A DNA stretch of 64,000 nucleotides from an uncultured bacterium (GTDB lineage: Bacteria > Chlamydiota > Chlamydiia > Chlamydiales > SM23-39). The stretch is taken from positions 31,036 through 95,035 of the forward strand of contig CAYGOC010000001.1 of NCBI GenBank assembly GCA_964351495.1, in the 5' to 3' direction. Position numbers and translations under genes: made by a program. The notes beneath the pieces were generated by a model. The model had not been told where the DNA came from. It saw only the letters and a program-made list of their open reading frames with translations, and searched no databases. Positions 25,512 through 33,544 of this stretch are shown piece by piece (position 1 is the stretch's first letter; each line of letters opens with the position of its first letter).

Positions 25512-27460
25512 CTTTCTTCCCCATCTAGTTTCTTCATTTCTTCTTCTGTAATCACATACTCTGTCGGTTTTTCATAAAGACGCACAATAATAGAGACTAA
25601 AACTAAAGCAAGAGAGACAAAACTAAGCCAAAACATGTGCCATATAACAGAAAACCCAAAAAGAAAACTCCATGCTCCCAGAAAAAAACCGGCTGAACTA
25701 TTTGTAGGCATATGAATGGTCTCATACCCCCCTTCAAAAAGAGAAAAACTCCCCTTTTTCGCCTCCCAAAAGGGATCTTTTGTATGTACTTTCGGTGTTT
25801 TCGCAAAGTTATAAAAGGGAGGAGGTGATTTTATAGCCCATTCTAAAGTTCTTCCATTCCAAGGATCCCCTGTAGTATCTTTATTTTTTTCTCTGTTTTT
25901 TATGCTTACCCAGAGCTGTTTTAGCTGAAGAGCAAACCCGAAAAAAATAAAGATGGCACCAATAGAGGCCAAAATAAAAAGAGGTTGCCAGTTTGTCTCT
26001 TTTGGATAGTGATTTAACCTTCTGGTAGCTCCCATAAACCCGAGTAAATACAAAGGCAAAAAGGCAACTAAAAATCCAATAAGCCAACACCAAAAAGCCT
26101 GCCTTCCTGTTTTTTCGTCTAAAGAAAACCCAAAAAACTTAGGAAACCAATAGGTATATCCTGCAAAAAAACCAAAAAGAACTCCCCCAATGATAACAGA
26201 GTGAAAGTGGGCTATTAAAAAAAGACTACTATGAACTTGGAAATCTACTCCGGGAATGGCCATTAAAACGCCTGTCATGCCTCCTATGGTAAAAGTAACA
26301 ATAAAAGCCAAAAACCAGAGCATAGGCGTTTTATATTCTACTTTTCCTCGAAACATCGTAAAGAGCCAATTAAATACCTTAACTCCTGTAGGTACCGCAA
26401 TCACCATCGTCATAATACCGAAAAAAGCATTTACATTAGCTCCCGCCCCCATGGTAAAAAAGTGGTGCAACCATACAATAAAAGAGAGAAAAGTAATCGC
26501 AAAAATAGCCCAAACCATCGAGGTATATCCAAAGAGTTTTTTCCCCGAAAAAACGGGTACTATTTCTGAAAATATCCCAAAAGCAGGTAGCACTAAGATG
26601 TACACCTCCGGATGGCCCCAAGCCCAGATTAGGTTGATATACATCATGGGATTACCCCCCTTTTCCGGGTTGAAAATTTGGGTAAGAAAAAGCCTATCTG
26701 AGGTAAGCATAGCAGCCGTTGCTGTCAAAATAGGAAAGGCAAAAAGAACCAAAATAACCGTTGCCAAAACACTCCATACAAATATGGGCATCTTCATAAA
26801 ACTCATGCCGGGAGCCCGCATTTTCAAGATGGTCACCAAAAAGTTAATGCCGGAAAGAAGAGTCCCCACTCCGGAAATTTGCACACTCCAAAGCCAATAA
26901 TCGACTCCTACTCCCGGGTTGTATTTTATAGAAGCCAAAGGAGGATAGGCCGTCCATCCGGTTCCTGCAAAAACTCCTACTATTAAAGAAACCAGTATAA
27001 AAAGAGATCCGGAAGCAAACAGCCAAAAGCTAAGCGAATTTAAAAAAGGAAACGCTACATCCCTAGCCCCTATTTGAAGGGGTAAAACAAGGTTGATAAG
27101 AGCAAAAACAACGCCCATACCCACAAAAAAAATCATGGTTACGCCATGTGCCGTGAAAATTTGCTGAAAATGGGAAGCGGTTAAATACCCCATGGAGTCT
27201 CCGGAGGCTAGAGCCTGCTGCGCTCTCATCATAAAAGCGTCAATTAATCCCTTAGAAAGCATAATAAAAGAGACCACAAGGTACATAACACCAATCTTTT
27301 TATGGTCCGTTGTGGTGATCCACTCCTTCCAAAGCCACTTCCATTTTTTGTAATAGGTAAGTAAAAAAAAGACAAAAACTCCTCCTAAAATCATGGAAAA
27401 TCCGGCTAGATACTCTATCCAATCATGTTTAAAAGCCTCTATCGTTAACTTTCCTAACAT
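25508..27460 (-). CDS. cyoB: Heme-copper quinol oxidase subunit I (CyoB/QoxB-like)
   Basis: 650 aa. Diagnostic motifs are 'TTDHKKIGVMY', 'GHPEVYILVLPAFGIFSEI' and 'HHFFTMG', plus the His ligands in 'LIAHFHSVIIGG'. Confidence 0.95.
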   Translation of the reverse strand: MLGKLTIEAFKHDWIEYLAGFSMILGGVFVFFLLTYYKKWKWLWKEWITTTDHKKIGVMYLVVSFIMLSKGLIDAFMMRAQQALASGDSMGYLTASHFQQIFTAHGVTMIFFVGMGVVFALINLVLPLQIGARDVAFPFLNSLSFWLFASGSLFILVSLIVGVFAGTGWTAYPPLASIKYNPGVGVDYWLWSVQISGVGTLLSGINFLVTILKMRAPGMSFMKMPIFVWSVLATVILVLFAFPILTATAAMLTSDRLFLTQIFNPEKGGNPMMYINLIWAWGHPEVYILVLPAFGIFSEIVPVFSGKKLFGYTSMVWAIFAITFLSFIVWLHHFFTMGAGANVNAFFGIMTMVIAVPTGVKVFNWLFTMFRGKVEYKTPMLWFLAFIVTFTIGGMTGVLMAIPGVDFQVHSSLFLIAHFHSVIIGGVLFGFFAGYTYWFPKFFGFSLDEKTGRQAFWCWLIGFLVAFLPLYLLGFMGATRRLNHYPKETNWQPLFILASIGAIFIFFGFALQLKQLWVSIKNREKNKDTTGDPWNGRTLEWAIKSPPPFYNFAKTPKVHTKDPFWEAKKGSFSLFEGGYETIHMPTNSSAGFFLGAWSFLFGFSVIWHMFWLSFVSLALVLVSIIVRLYEKPTEYVITEEEMKKLDGEER

Positions 27461-27468
27461 ATCTTTTC

Positions 27469-28335
27469 CTAATTTGAAGAGTGGTTGTTGTATTTTTCTA
27501 TGATATAGTCAAAAAGATCCCTCTTTTGCAAAAAATAGAGTTGAACAGGATCATACTCACTAGGCTCTGCTATTTTTTCATAGGTAAAAGCGTCCAAAGT
27601 TCGGGAAGAGTTTTGCACTTTTTCAACCCAGCTTGAAAATTCCTCTTCAGAGCTTGCTTTGGCGGTAAAAGTCATTCCGGCAAAGCCTTTTCCACTAATA
27701 TTGGAAGAGAGCCCTCTATATACCCCTTTTTCTTTAGCCATTAAATGGAGTTTTGTTCTCATAGAAGGCATAGCGTAAATTTGACCTCCGAGTTGGGGTA
27801 TCCAAAAAGAGTTCATAGGAGCATCTGCCGTAATTTCAAAGTCAAGCGGTCTGTTTTCAGGGAACTGAATAAAGTTAATCGTAGCAATCCCCTCTTCCGG
27901 ATATAAAAAAAGCCACTTCCACTGAAGAGCTACTACTTGAATCACAAGGGGTTTTTTCCCATTTCTAATAGGTGTAAAAGGATTTAGGTCGTGGGTGCTT
28001 TTCCAAGTGACAATGGCCAAAAGCGTGATAATGAAAAAAGGGACTCCCCACCAAAGAGCTTCTGCTAAATTGCTATGCCCCCATTCAGGATCGTACTTCC
28101 CCTTTCCCGTTCCTTTTTTGTACCGAATTGAAAAAACAAAAGTAAAAATAAAAACAGGAATCACGACAATGAGCATCAAAAGAGTAGCCAAGATCAAAAG
28201 ATCCCTCTCTTTTTCTGCGATAATTCCTTTCGGGTTTAAAACGAGTATGTCTTTTGCGTTTAGGTATACAAGAGAAAAGATCACAAAAGAGAGAAAAAAA
28301 GCAATGGTGACTATAATTTTTAGACTCTTTTTCAA
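27469..28335 (-). CDS. cyoA: Quinol oxidase subunit II (CyoA/QoxA-like, no CuA site evident)
   Basis: 288 aa with an N-terminal signal or TM segment plus two TM segments. 'MNSFWIPQLGGQIYAMPSMRTKLHLMAKEKGVYRGLSSNISGKGFAGMTF' parallels E. coli CyoA ('[50 protein letters not shown]'). Confidence 0.9.
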   Translation of the reverse strand: MKKSLKIIVTIAFFLSFVIFSLVYLNAKDILVLNPKGIIAEKERDLLILATLLMLIVVIPVFIFTFVFSIRYKKGTGKGKYDPEWGHSNLAEALWWGVPFFIITLLAIVTWKSTHDLNPFTPIRNGKKPLVIQVVALQWKWLFLYPEEGIATINFIQFPENRPLDFEITADAPMNSFWIPQLGGQIYAMPSMRTKLHLMAKEKGVYRGLSSNISGKGFAGMTFTAKASSEEEFSSWVEKVQNSSRTLDAFTYEKIAEPSEYDPVQLYFLQKRDLFDYIIEKYNNHSSN

Positions 28336-28441
28336 AAAAAACCTTCTATATTTTTCTTTACTTTCTACAGAAAACCTTCTACTTTGTCCATCATAAAAAA
28401 CATTTGTGGTACTCTTTTTTTAAAACTACAAGTTAGAGAAC

Positions 28442-28876
28442 ATGGAATCAGAGAGCATTTGGAAACAAGAGATTAGTTTATCTATTTTAAAAGAGAAGAT
28501 CAAAAATTCCATGGCCTCTTTTTTATCTATTGAATTTACCAAAATAGAAAAAAGGGCTCTGTATGCCAAAATGCCCTTTTCAGAAAAAACCCGACAGCCT
28601 TTTGGTATTTTACATGGAGGTGCCAATGCTGTTTTAGCAGAGTCGATAGCTAGCATAGCTTCTAACTACTCTGTAGAAAAAGGGTTTCATTCTGTAGGGC
28701 TAGAGCTCAACATTAACCACCTCCGCCCTGTCTCTTCCGGATGGGTGATTGCAAAAGCTTTTCCTATTCACTTGGGGAAAAAAACCCAAGTCTGGCATAT
28801 CGATATTTTTGCAGAAGAAAGCAAAAAACAAACAGCTGTAAGTAGGTTAACTACCGCCATTTTAGAAAAGCTATGA
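28442..28876 (+). CDS. Hotdog-fold acyl-CoA thioesterase (PaaI/YbdB/MenI-like)
   Basis: 144 aa. 'QPFGILHGGANAVLAESIAS' matches the PaaI/EntH/YdiI signature, and the C-terminal 'GKKTQVWHIDI' is typical of the family. It overlaps the next gene by 4 nt. Confidence 0.8.
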   Translation: MESESIWKQEISLSILKEKIKNSMASFLSIEFTKIEKRALYAKMPFSEKTRQPFGILHGGANAVLAESIASIASNYSVEKGFHSVGLELNINHLRPVSSGWVIAKAFPIHLGKKTQVWHIDIFAEESKKQTAVSRLTTAILEKL

Positions 28877-30045
28877 AAGTTTTAGTTACAGGGGCAACAG
28901 GTTTTGTAGGAAAAAGACTCGTAATTGCTTTGGCTTTTCAAAAGCACCGGGTTGTAGCAATTGTCCGCTCTAAAAATAAACTTTTGCTTCCTGAGTCTTT
29001 AGCTTCTTTTGTAGAAGTAATTGAGTGTGATCTTTTACAAAAACAAGATTATGCAAAACTTCCCACCGACATTGATGTCGCCTTTTTTTTAGTGCATAGC
29101 ATGAGCTACTCTGCAAAAAAATTCGATAAATTAGAAGAGCAGATAGCAAAAGACTTTGTGTATTATACAAACCAAACCAAAGCTAAACAGATCCTTTTTT
29201 TAAGTGGCATTATGCAAAAAACGGAAAAGTCTAAGCATATGCAGTCTAGAAAAAATGTAGAAAATATCCTACAAAAAGGAAAAGTCCCTCTGACCATTTT
29301 ACGAGCGGCCATTATTTTAGGAGAAGAGAGCCCCTCTTTTCAGATTTTATACAAGCTAACGGAAAAAATTCCTTTTATGGTTGCTCCCAAGTGGATCCGC
29401 CAGTTTTGTCAGCCTATCCACATAAACGAAGTGATAGCTTATCTAACTTTATCTATGAATCATCCCGAAACGTTTGGAAAAACTTTCGATATTTTCGGAC
29501 CCACTATTATAAGCTTTAAAAACCTTATGTTAGAGCTTGCAAAAATAAGAGGACTTTCTCGCTATATCCTAACTGTGAAAGTACTCACTCCCACCCTTTC
29601 TTCTTATTGGCTTAAACTGGTAACCAGATCTTCTTACCATTTAGGTAAATCTCTCATAGAAAGCATTAAACAAAACTTCATAGCTAAAAACCAAACCATT
29701 ACCTCTTTGTTTCCTATAAAAAGGCTTTCTATAGAAGCCTCTTTGAAACTGTGTCTTGATCCTATACAAAGCCTTTCTTCTCTTCCCTTTAGCTCAAAAG
29801 ACTTTCTATCTTTTTATGAGCCCCCCCACAAGTCTTGCTATTCTTGCTCTATTTCCCCCCGTAAAAACCTTATGGAATCAGGTTTTTTTATCTTACTGCA
29901 GACAGAAGAAAAAACGATCTTTTACAAAAAACACCGTTTTGGTGAGATTTGGATGGAGAAAAACACCCTTTTTTTCCGCCCTTTGGGGCTTTTGGGAAGG
30001 TCTTTTTGGCCCTTTCTTTCTTTATTTTGGAAAAGCACCCTTTAG
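28873..30045 (+). CDS. NAD(P)H-binding SDR-superfamily protein with a DUF2867-like C-terminal domain
   Basis: Rossmann motif 'VLVTGATGFVGKRLV'. The C-terminal 'FRPLGLLGRSFWPFLSLF' resembles DUF2867. It contains a C7 run at 29821-29827. Confidence 0.72.
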   Translation: MKVLVTGATGFVGKRLVIALAFQKHRVVAIVRSKNKLLLPESLASFVEVIECDLLQKQDYAKLPTDIDVAFFLVHSMSYSAKKFDKLEEQIAKDFVYYTNQTKAKQILFLSGIMQKTEKSKHMQSRKNVENILQKGKVPLTILRAAIILGEESPSFQILYKLTEKIPFMVAPKWIRQFCQPIHINEVIAYLTLSMNHPETFGKTFDIFGPTIISFKNLMLELAKIRGLSRYILTVKVLTPTLSSYWLKLVTRSSYHLGKSLIESIKQNFIAKNQTITSLFPIKRLSIEASLKLCLDPIQSLSSLPFSSKDFLSFYEPPHKSCYSCSISPRKNLMESGFFILLQTEEKTIFYKKHRFGEIWMEKNTLFFRPLGLLGRSFWPFLSLFWKSTL

Positions 30046-31143
30046 TTCTATTCCATCAGGCACATGTAACGTGGTAGTAGGAAAAGCGCAGCTTGCGCCA
30101 TGTTTATGAACAATGTCTAAAATCTTCAAAAATACATCTTGCTGAATCATTTGAAAAGAGACCCAGTCGGTTGTCTTGGTAAACGTATACACCATAAACT
30201 CTAAAGCAGAAGCACCGAAATGAACCAATGCTACAAAAGAGACTTTATACTGATCTATCTCAGGGTGTTCTTGCAGCATTTTTTCTATGTCTTTTAAAAT
30301 TACTGCCAGTTTGGGACCGTCCTCATAGCGCACTCCAATGGTCTCTTTAATCCTTCGGTTCATCATTCTAGAAGGGTTTTCTATAGAAATATTAGAAAAA
30401 AGCGAATTGGGAACAAAAAGAGGCCTTTTGTCAAAAGTACGGATTCTAGTTAGTCTCCATCCTATATTTTCAACGGTTCCTTCTATCTCTTTATCGGGAG
30501 ATCGGATCCAGTCCCCTATCTTGAAAGGACGATCCAAAAAGATCATTAGTCCTCCAAAGAAGTTGGCTAAAAGATCTTTGGCAGCAAATCCAATCGCGAT
30601 ACCACTAAAACCTCCAAAGGCAAGAACCCCTGTTATAGGAATTCCCAAACTTTGGGATAAAACTAAAGCAGCTGTGATAAAAACAGAAATACGCAGGATC
30701 TGACTTACTGCTCTTAAAGTAGTCTCATCCCACTTCGTCTTTTTTAGGTGCGTCTTCATTAAGTTGGCTTCTATTTCTCGAATAAAACGGATCAAAAACC
30801 AGACGATGATTAAGCCTACGGTAAGACTTCTTACCGGATCCAAGATCTCTCCTAAAATCGAGTTTTCCACCGCATATTTCACCCCAAGCTGCGCCGCAAA
30901 AGTAATACCAAAAATCCAAATAGCTACGACCAAAGGGTTATGAACTGCTTTTATAAAAGCATCATCCCAAAAGCGGTGGGATTTTTCTGCTAAAGGAAGA
31001 ATTCTTCTGTAAATCCTTTTTTCCAAGTAGGCAATCAAAAGGGTAACAAAAACAATACCGAAAGCACCTACTGCCCAACCGTAATCTCGAAAAAGCCAGA
31101 AGTTCTTGAAAAATTCCATGCAAAACACCGCCCTCTTTAGCAA
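30022..31143 (-). CDS. Small-conductance mechanosensitive channel (MscS family)
   Basis: 373 aa. Several TM segments are followed by the MscS signature region 'GFAAKDLLANFFGGLMIFLDRPFKIGDWI...GTVENIGWRLTRIRTFDKRPLFVPNSLF'. An alternative start is the ATG at 31119. Confidence 0.88.
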   Translation of the reverse strand: MLKRAVFCMEFFKNFWLFRDYGWAVGAFGIVFVTLLIAYLEKRIYRRILPLAEKSHRFWDDAFIKAVHNPLVVAIWIFGITFAAQLGVKYAVENSILGEILDPVRSLTVGLIIVWFLIRFIREIEANLMKTHLKKTKWDETTLRAVSQILRISVFITAALVLSQSLGIPITGVLAFGGFSGIAIGFAAKDLLANFFGGLMIFLDRPFKIGDWIRSPDKEIEGTVENIGWRLTRIRTFDKRPLFVPNSLFSNISIENPSRMMNRRIKETIGVRYEDGPKLAVILKDIEKMLQEHPEIDQYKVSFVALVHFGASALEFMVYTFTKTTDWVSFQMIQQDVFLKILDIVHKHGASCAFPTTTLHVPDGIELKGAFPK

Positions 31144-31289
31144 ATGATCCTAAAGATAGTATAACTCTTAGATAGCTGCAAGCGAAGCTCTTTCTTTTTT
31201 TAAATGCTTTAAGCATCTTTCCACAAAAAAACTAAAAAACACCTTGGAATTCAGCCAAAAAAGACCTGTTTTTACCTTGGAATCTAGCC

Positions 31290-31460
31290 ATGTTTAAGAG
31301 AATCATTGACTTCCATTTAAACCAATGGAAAACCGCACGTTTTTCTTCTTTAAACTACTCTATATTAGACAAACTGGATTCAAGACCCTTATATGCAGCA
31401 GCGTCTTTGGCACATCCTTCTCAAAAAGAAGCGCTTTTCTATTTAGTTAGAGAAGCTTGA
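31290..31460 (+). pseudogene. Possible remnant of an AAA-ATPase (DUF4143-type) gene
   Basis: A 56-aa ORF, MFKRIIDFHLNQWKTARFSS.... Its first ~15 residues resemble the characteristic N-terminus of ATPases of the PF13173/DUF4143 type ('..KR.i...L..W k..'). No Walker A follows, which is consistent with an internal deletion. This is a weak call. Confidence 0.25.
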
Positions 31461-31503
31461 ACTTCTAAAAATTTCTTGCTATTTCCTGAAAAGATATTTT
31501 ACT

Positions 31504-32796
31504 GTGAGGAGAATGGACAAAGCAAAAAAGCTAAACCTTCTTAAGTGGCTTGTCTGGAGCCTAGCCGTTGGCTTTTACTGCTATGAGTTTATCATCCGGG
31601 TAGCTCCTAGCATTATGATTCCAGAACTCACTCAAGCATTTGACCTAAATGCAGCAGAAGTGGGTACCTTAGCTGCTATCTATCTGTACGTATATGCTCC
31701 TATGCAGATTCCTGTAGGGATTTTAACCGACCACTTCGGCGCTAGAAAGCTGCTTACCTTTGCCTCTATTGTAGCTGGATTAGGAAGCCTTTTATTCGGT
31801 ATAGCTCCTCATGAGTGGATTGCGGGTTGGGGACGTTTTTTCATGGGAATGGGCTCTGCTTTTGGTTTTGTGGGTATGGTCTATATAAGCTCTCACTGGT
31901 TTTCTAAAGAGAAGATGGCCTTTCTTATAGGAATAGGTAACTCACTCGGAATGTTTGGGGCTTTTATAGGCCAAGGTCCTTTAAGTATTTTTGTCCGCTC
32001 TTTTGGATGGAGGCTAGCTTCCATTCAAATAGGAATTTTAGGGATCCTTTTGGGAGTTATTATCTTTTTTATCGTCCGAAACGATCCCCCTTCTCTCGCT
32101 AAAAAAGAGCAAGAAAAACGGGATAACACCCCTTCTTTACTCCACTATTTAAAGCTTGTTACTAAAAGTAAACAAAGTTGGATTAACGCTTGTGCTAGCC
32201 TTTGTTTTTATAGCATAACGGTTGCCTTTGCAGGTCTTTGGGGTATCCCCTTTTTAGAAGAAGCTTATGGTGTATCTAAAAGCTTTGCCAGCTTTGCTAT
32301 TTCCATGATTTTTGTAGGATGGATGGTTGGAGGGCCCTTAATAGGCACCTACTCAGACAGACTAAGTAAAAGAAAACCACTTCTTCTTTTTTCTTTAAGT
32401 ATGAGTCTTCTTTTCTTATCCGTGGTTATATACCTAACTTCTATTCCTCCTATTTTTTTGTTTTTTCTCCTCTTTTTTCTTGGGTTTTTCTCTTCGGGAC
32501 AACTTTTACAATACAGCATAGCCATTGAAAACAACCCTCATGAAGCAAAAGGAACAGCTATAGCCTTTACCAATTTTTTAACGATGTTAGGAGGGGCTAT
32601 CACGCAACCTTTAGTAGGATTTTTACTCGACATGAATGGATCTTTGAGCATCATGAAGACTCCCTACTACTCCTCTTATGATTATAAGATAGCCCTAACG
32701 GTTTTTCCGATTTTGGTGATTCTCTCTATTCTTTTAAATCTTCTAGTCCAAGAAAAAGACCAAAAACACTCCTCAAAGCCGGATCTTCCCATCTAA
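31504..32796 (+). CDS. MFS transporter
   Basis: 430 aa with about 12 TM segments. An MFS loop 2-3-like motif is 'GILTDHFGARKLL'. Start candidates are GTG at 31504 or ATG at 31513. Confidence 0.8.
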   Translation: MRRMDKAKKLNLLKWLVWSLAVGFYCYEFIIRVAPSIMIPELTQAFDLNAAEVGTLAAIYLYVYAPMQIPVGILTDHFGARKLLTFASIVAGLGSLLFGIAPHEWIAGWGRFFMGMGSAFGFVGMVYISSHWFSKEKMAFLIGIGNSLGMFGAFIGQGPLSIFVRSFGWRLASIQIGILGILLGVIIFFIVRNDPPSLAKKEQEKRDNTPSLLHYLKLVTKSKQSWINACASLCFYSITVAFAGLWGIPFLEEAYGVSKSFASFAISMIFVGWMVGGPLIGTYSDRLSKRKPLLLFSLSMSLLFLSVVIYLTSIPPIFLFFLLFFLGFFSSGQLLQYSIAIENNPHEAKGTAIAFTNFLTMLGGAITQPLVGFLLDMNGSLSIMKTPYYSSYDYKIALTVFPILVILSILLNLLVQEKDQKHSSKPDLPI

Positions 32797-33095
32797 AAAG
32801 GCTCGTAAGAAAACTCCAGCTCAAACGCTTTCGGGCCTATTTTTTTCTCCTTTTTAGGAATAACGGCTATATAAACGGTCTTTTTCTTAGTTAAGATAGT
32901 ATATCCTCCCTCTATACGAACAATCTCTTCAATCAGATCTGCGCTAGATAAGTACTGAAAAAGCTCTTTACTCTGTAAAATAGCCTCTATCTCTTTTATG
33001 CCCTGATATAAAGGGGGAAGGCTTGTAAAGCTGCAGAAAAGTAGTAAGAAAAAAATAGCTCTCATGAAAATTCCTTTTTTTATTATGTAAAACAA
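32793..33095 (-). CDS. Small secreted hypothetical protein
   Basis: A signal peptide ('MRAIFFLLLFCSFTS') begins at the internal ATG at 33065. There is no recognised family. It overlaps the convergent MFS gene by 4 nt. Confidence 0.5.
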   Translation of the reverse strand: MFYIIKKGIFMRAIFFLLLFCSFTSLPPLYQGIKEIEAILQSKELFQYLSSADLIEEIVRIEGGYTILTKKKTVYIAVIPKKEKKIGPKAFELEFSYEPF

Positions 33096-33129
33096 CTACT
33101 ATTGTAAAAGAAAAAAACAAAAACTCTCA

Positions 33130-33537
33130 ATGAGCCTGAAAAAAGAAACCATAGAAGCCTTAAAAAAACGAATGTTCTCTCTTCATATTTTTGAAGAGGA
33201 TCTTGTGGAAAAATTTATCTTAGGTTCTGGAAAAGGAGGGCAAAAGGTAAACAAAACAAACTCTTGTGTCTACTTAAAGCATCTTCCTTCCAACATAGAA
33301 GTAAAGTGTCAAAAAGAGAGATCAAGAACCCTAAATCGATACTTAGCTAGGAAAATGCTCTGTGAAAAACTAGAAGAAAAAGAGAAAGGCCTAGAAACCG
33401 AGAGAAAAAAGCAAATAGCCAAGATTCGCAAGCAAAAAAAAAGAAGATCCAAAAAGACCCAAGAAAAGCTCCTTCAAGCCAAAAAGCACCTCTCCCAGAA
33501 AAAAAACCTAAGAAAGCCCCCCTCAGAAGAAAACTAA
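33130..33537 (+). CDS. arfB: GGQ-domain peptidyl-tRNA hydrolase (ArfB/ICT1/C12orf65-like ribosome-rescue factor)
   Basis: 135 aa. The RF-1-domain core is 'GSGKGGQKVNKTNSCVYLKHLPS...VKCQKERSRTLN'. It is followed by a highly basic Lys/Arg-rich C-terminal tail, as in ArfB. Confidence 0.72.
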   Translation: MSLKKETIEALKKRMFSLHIFEEDLVEKFILGSGKGGQKVNKTNSCVYLKHLPSNIEVKCQKERSRTLNRYLARKMLCEKLEEKEKGLETERKKQIAKIRKQKKRRSKKTQEKLLQAKKHLSQKKNLRKPPSEEN

Positions 33538-33544
33538 AGAAAGA

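Noticed and set aside
26256-26900. A 214-aa plus-strand ORF, and several 60-70-aa ORFs, inside the oxidase subunit I gene
   Set aside because: It is antisense to a highly conserved heme-copper oxidase subunit I reading frame. It has no recognisable motifs, and its composition is typical of the complement of a membrane-protein gene.
28336-28381. An 11-12-bp direct repeat AAAACCTTCTA (about 28336 and 28371) upstream of the oxidase operon, as a regulator binding site
   Set aside because: It is short, A/T- and pyrimidine-rich, and has only two copies. It cannot be distinguished from chance in this composition without comparative data.
29756-30109. A 117-aa alternative-frame ORF at the 3' end of the NAD-binding gene
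   Set aside because: It is out of frame with a DUF2867-like C-terminus that is recognisable in the main frame.
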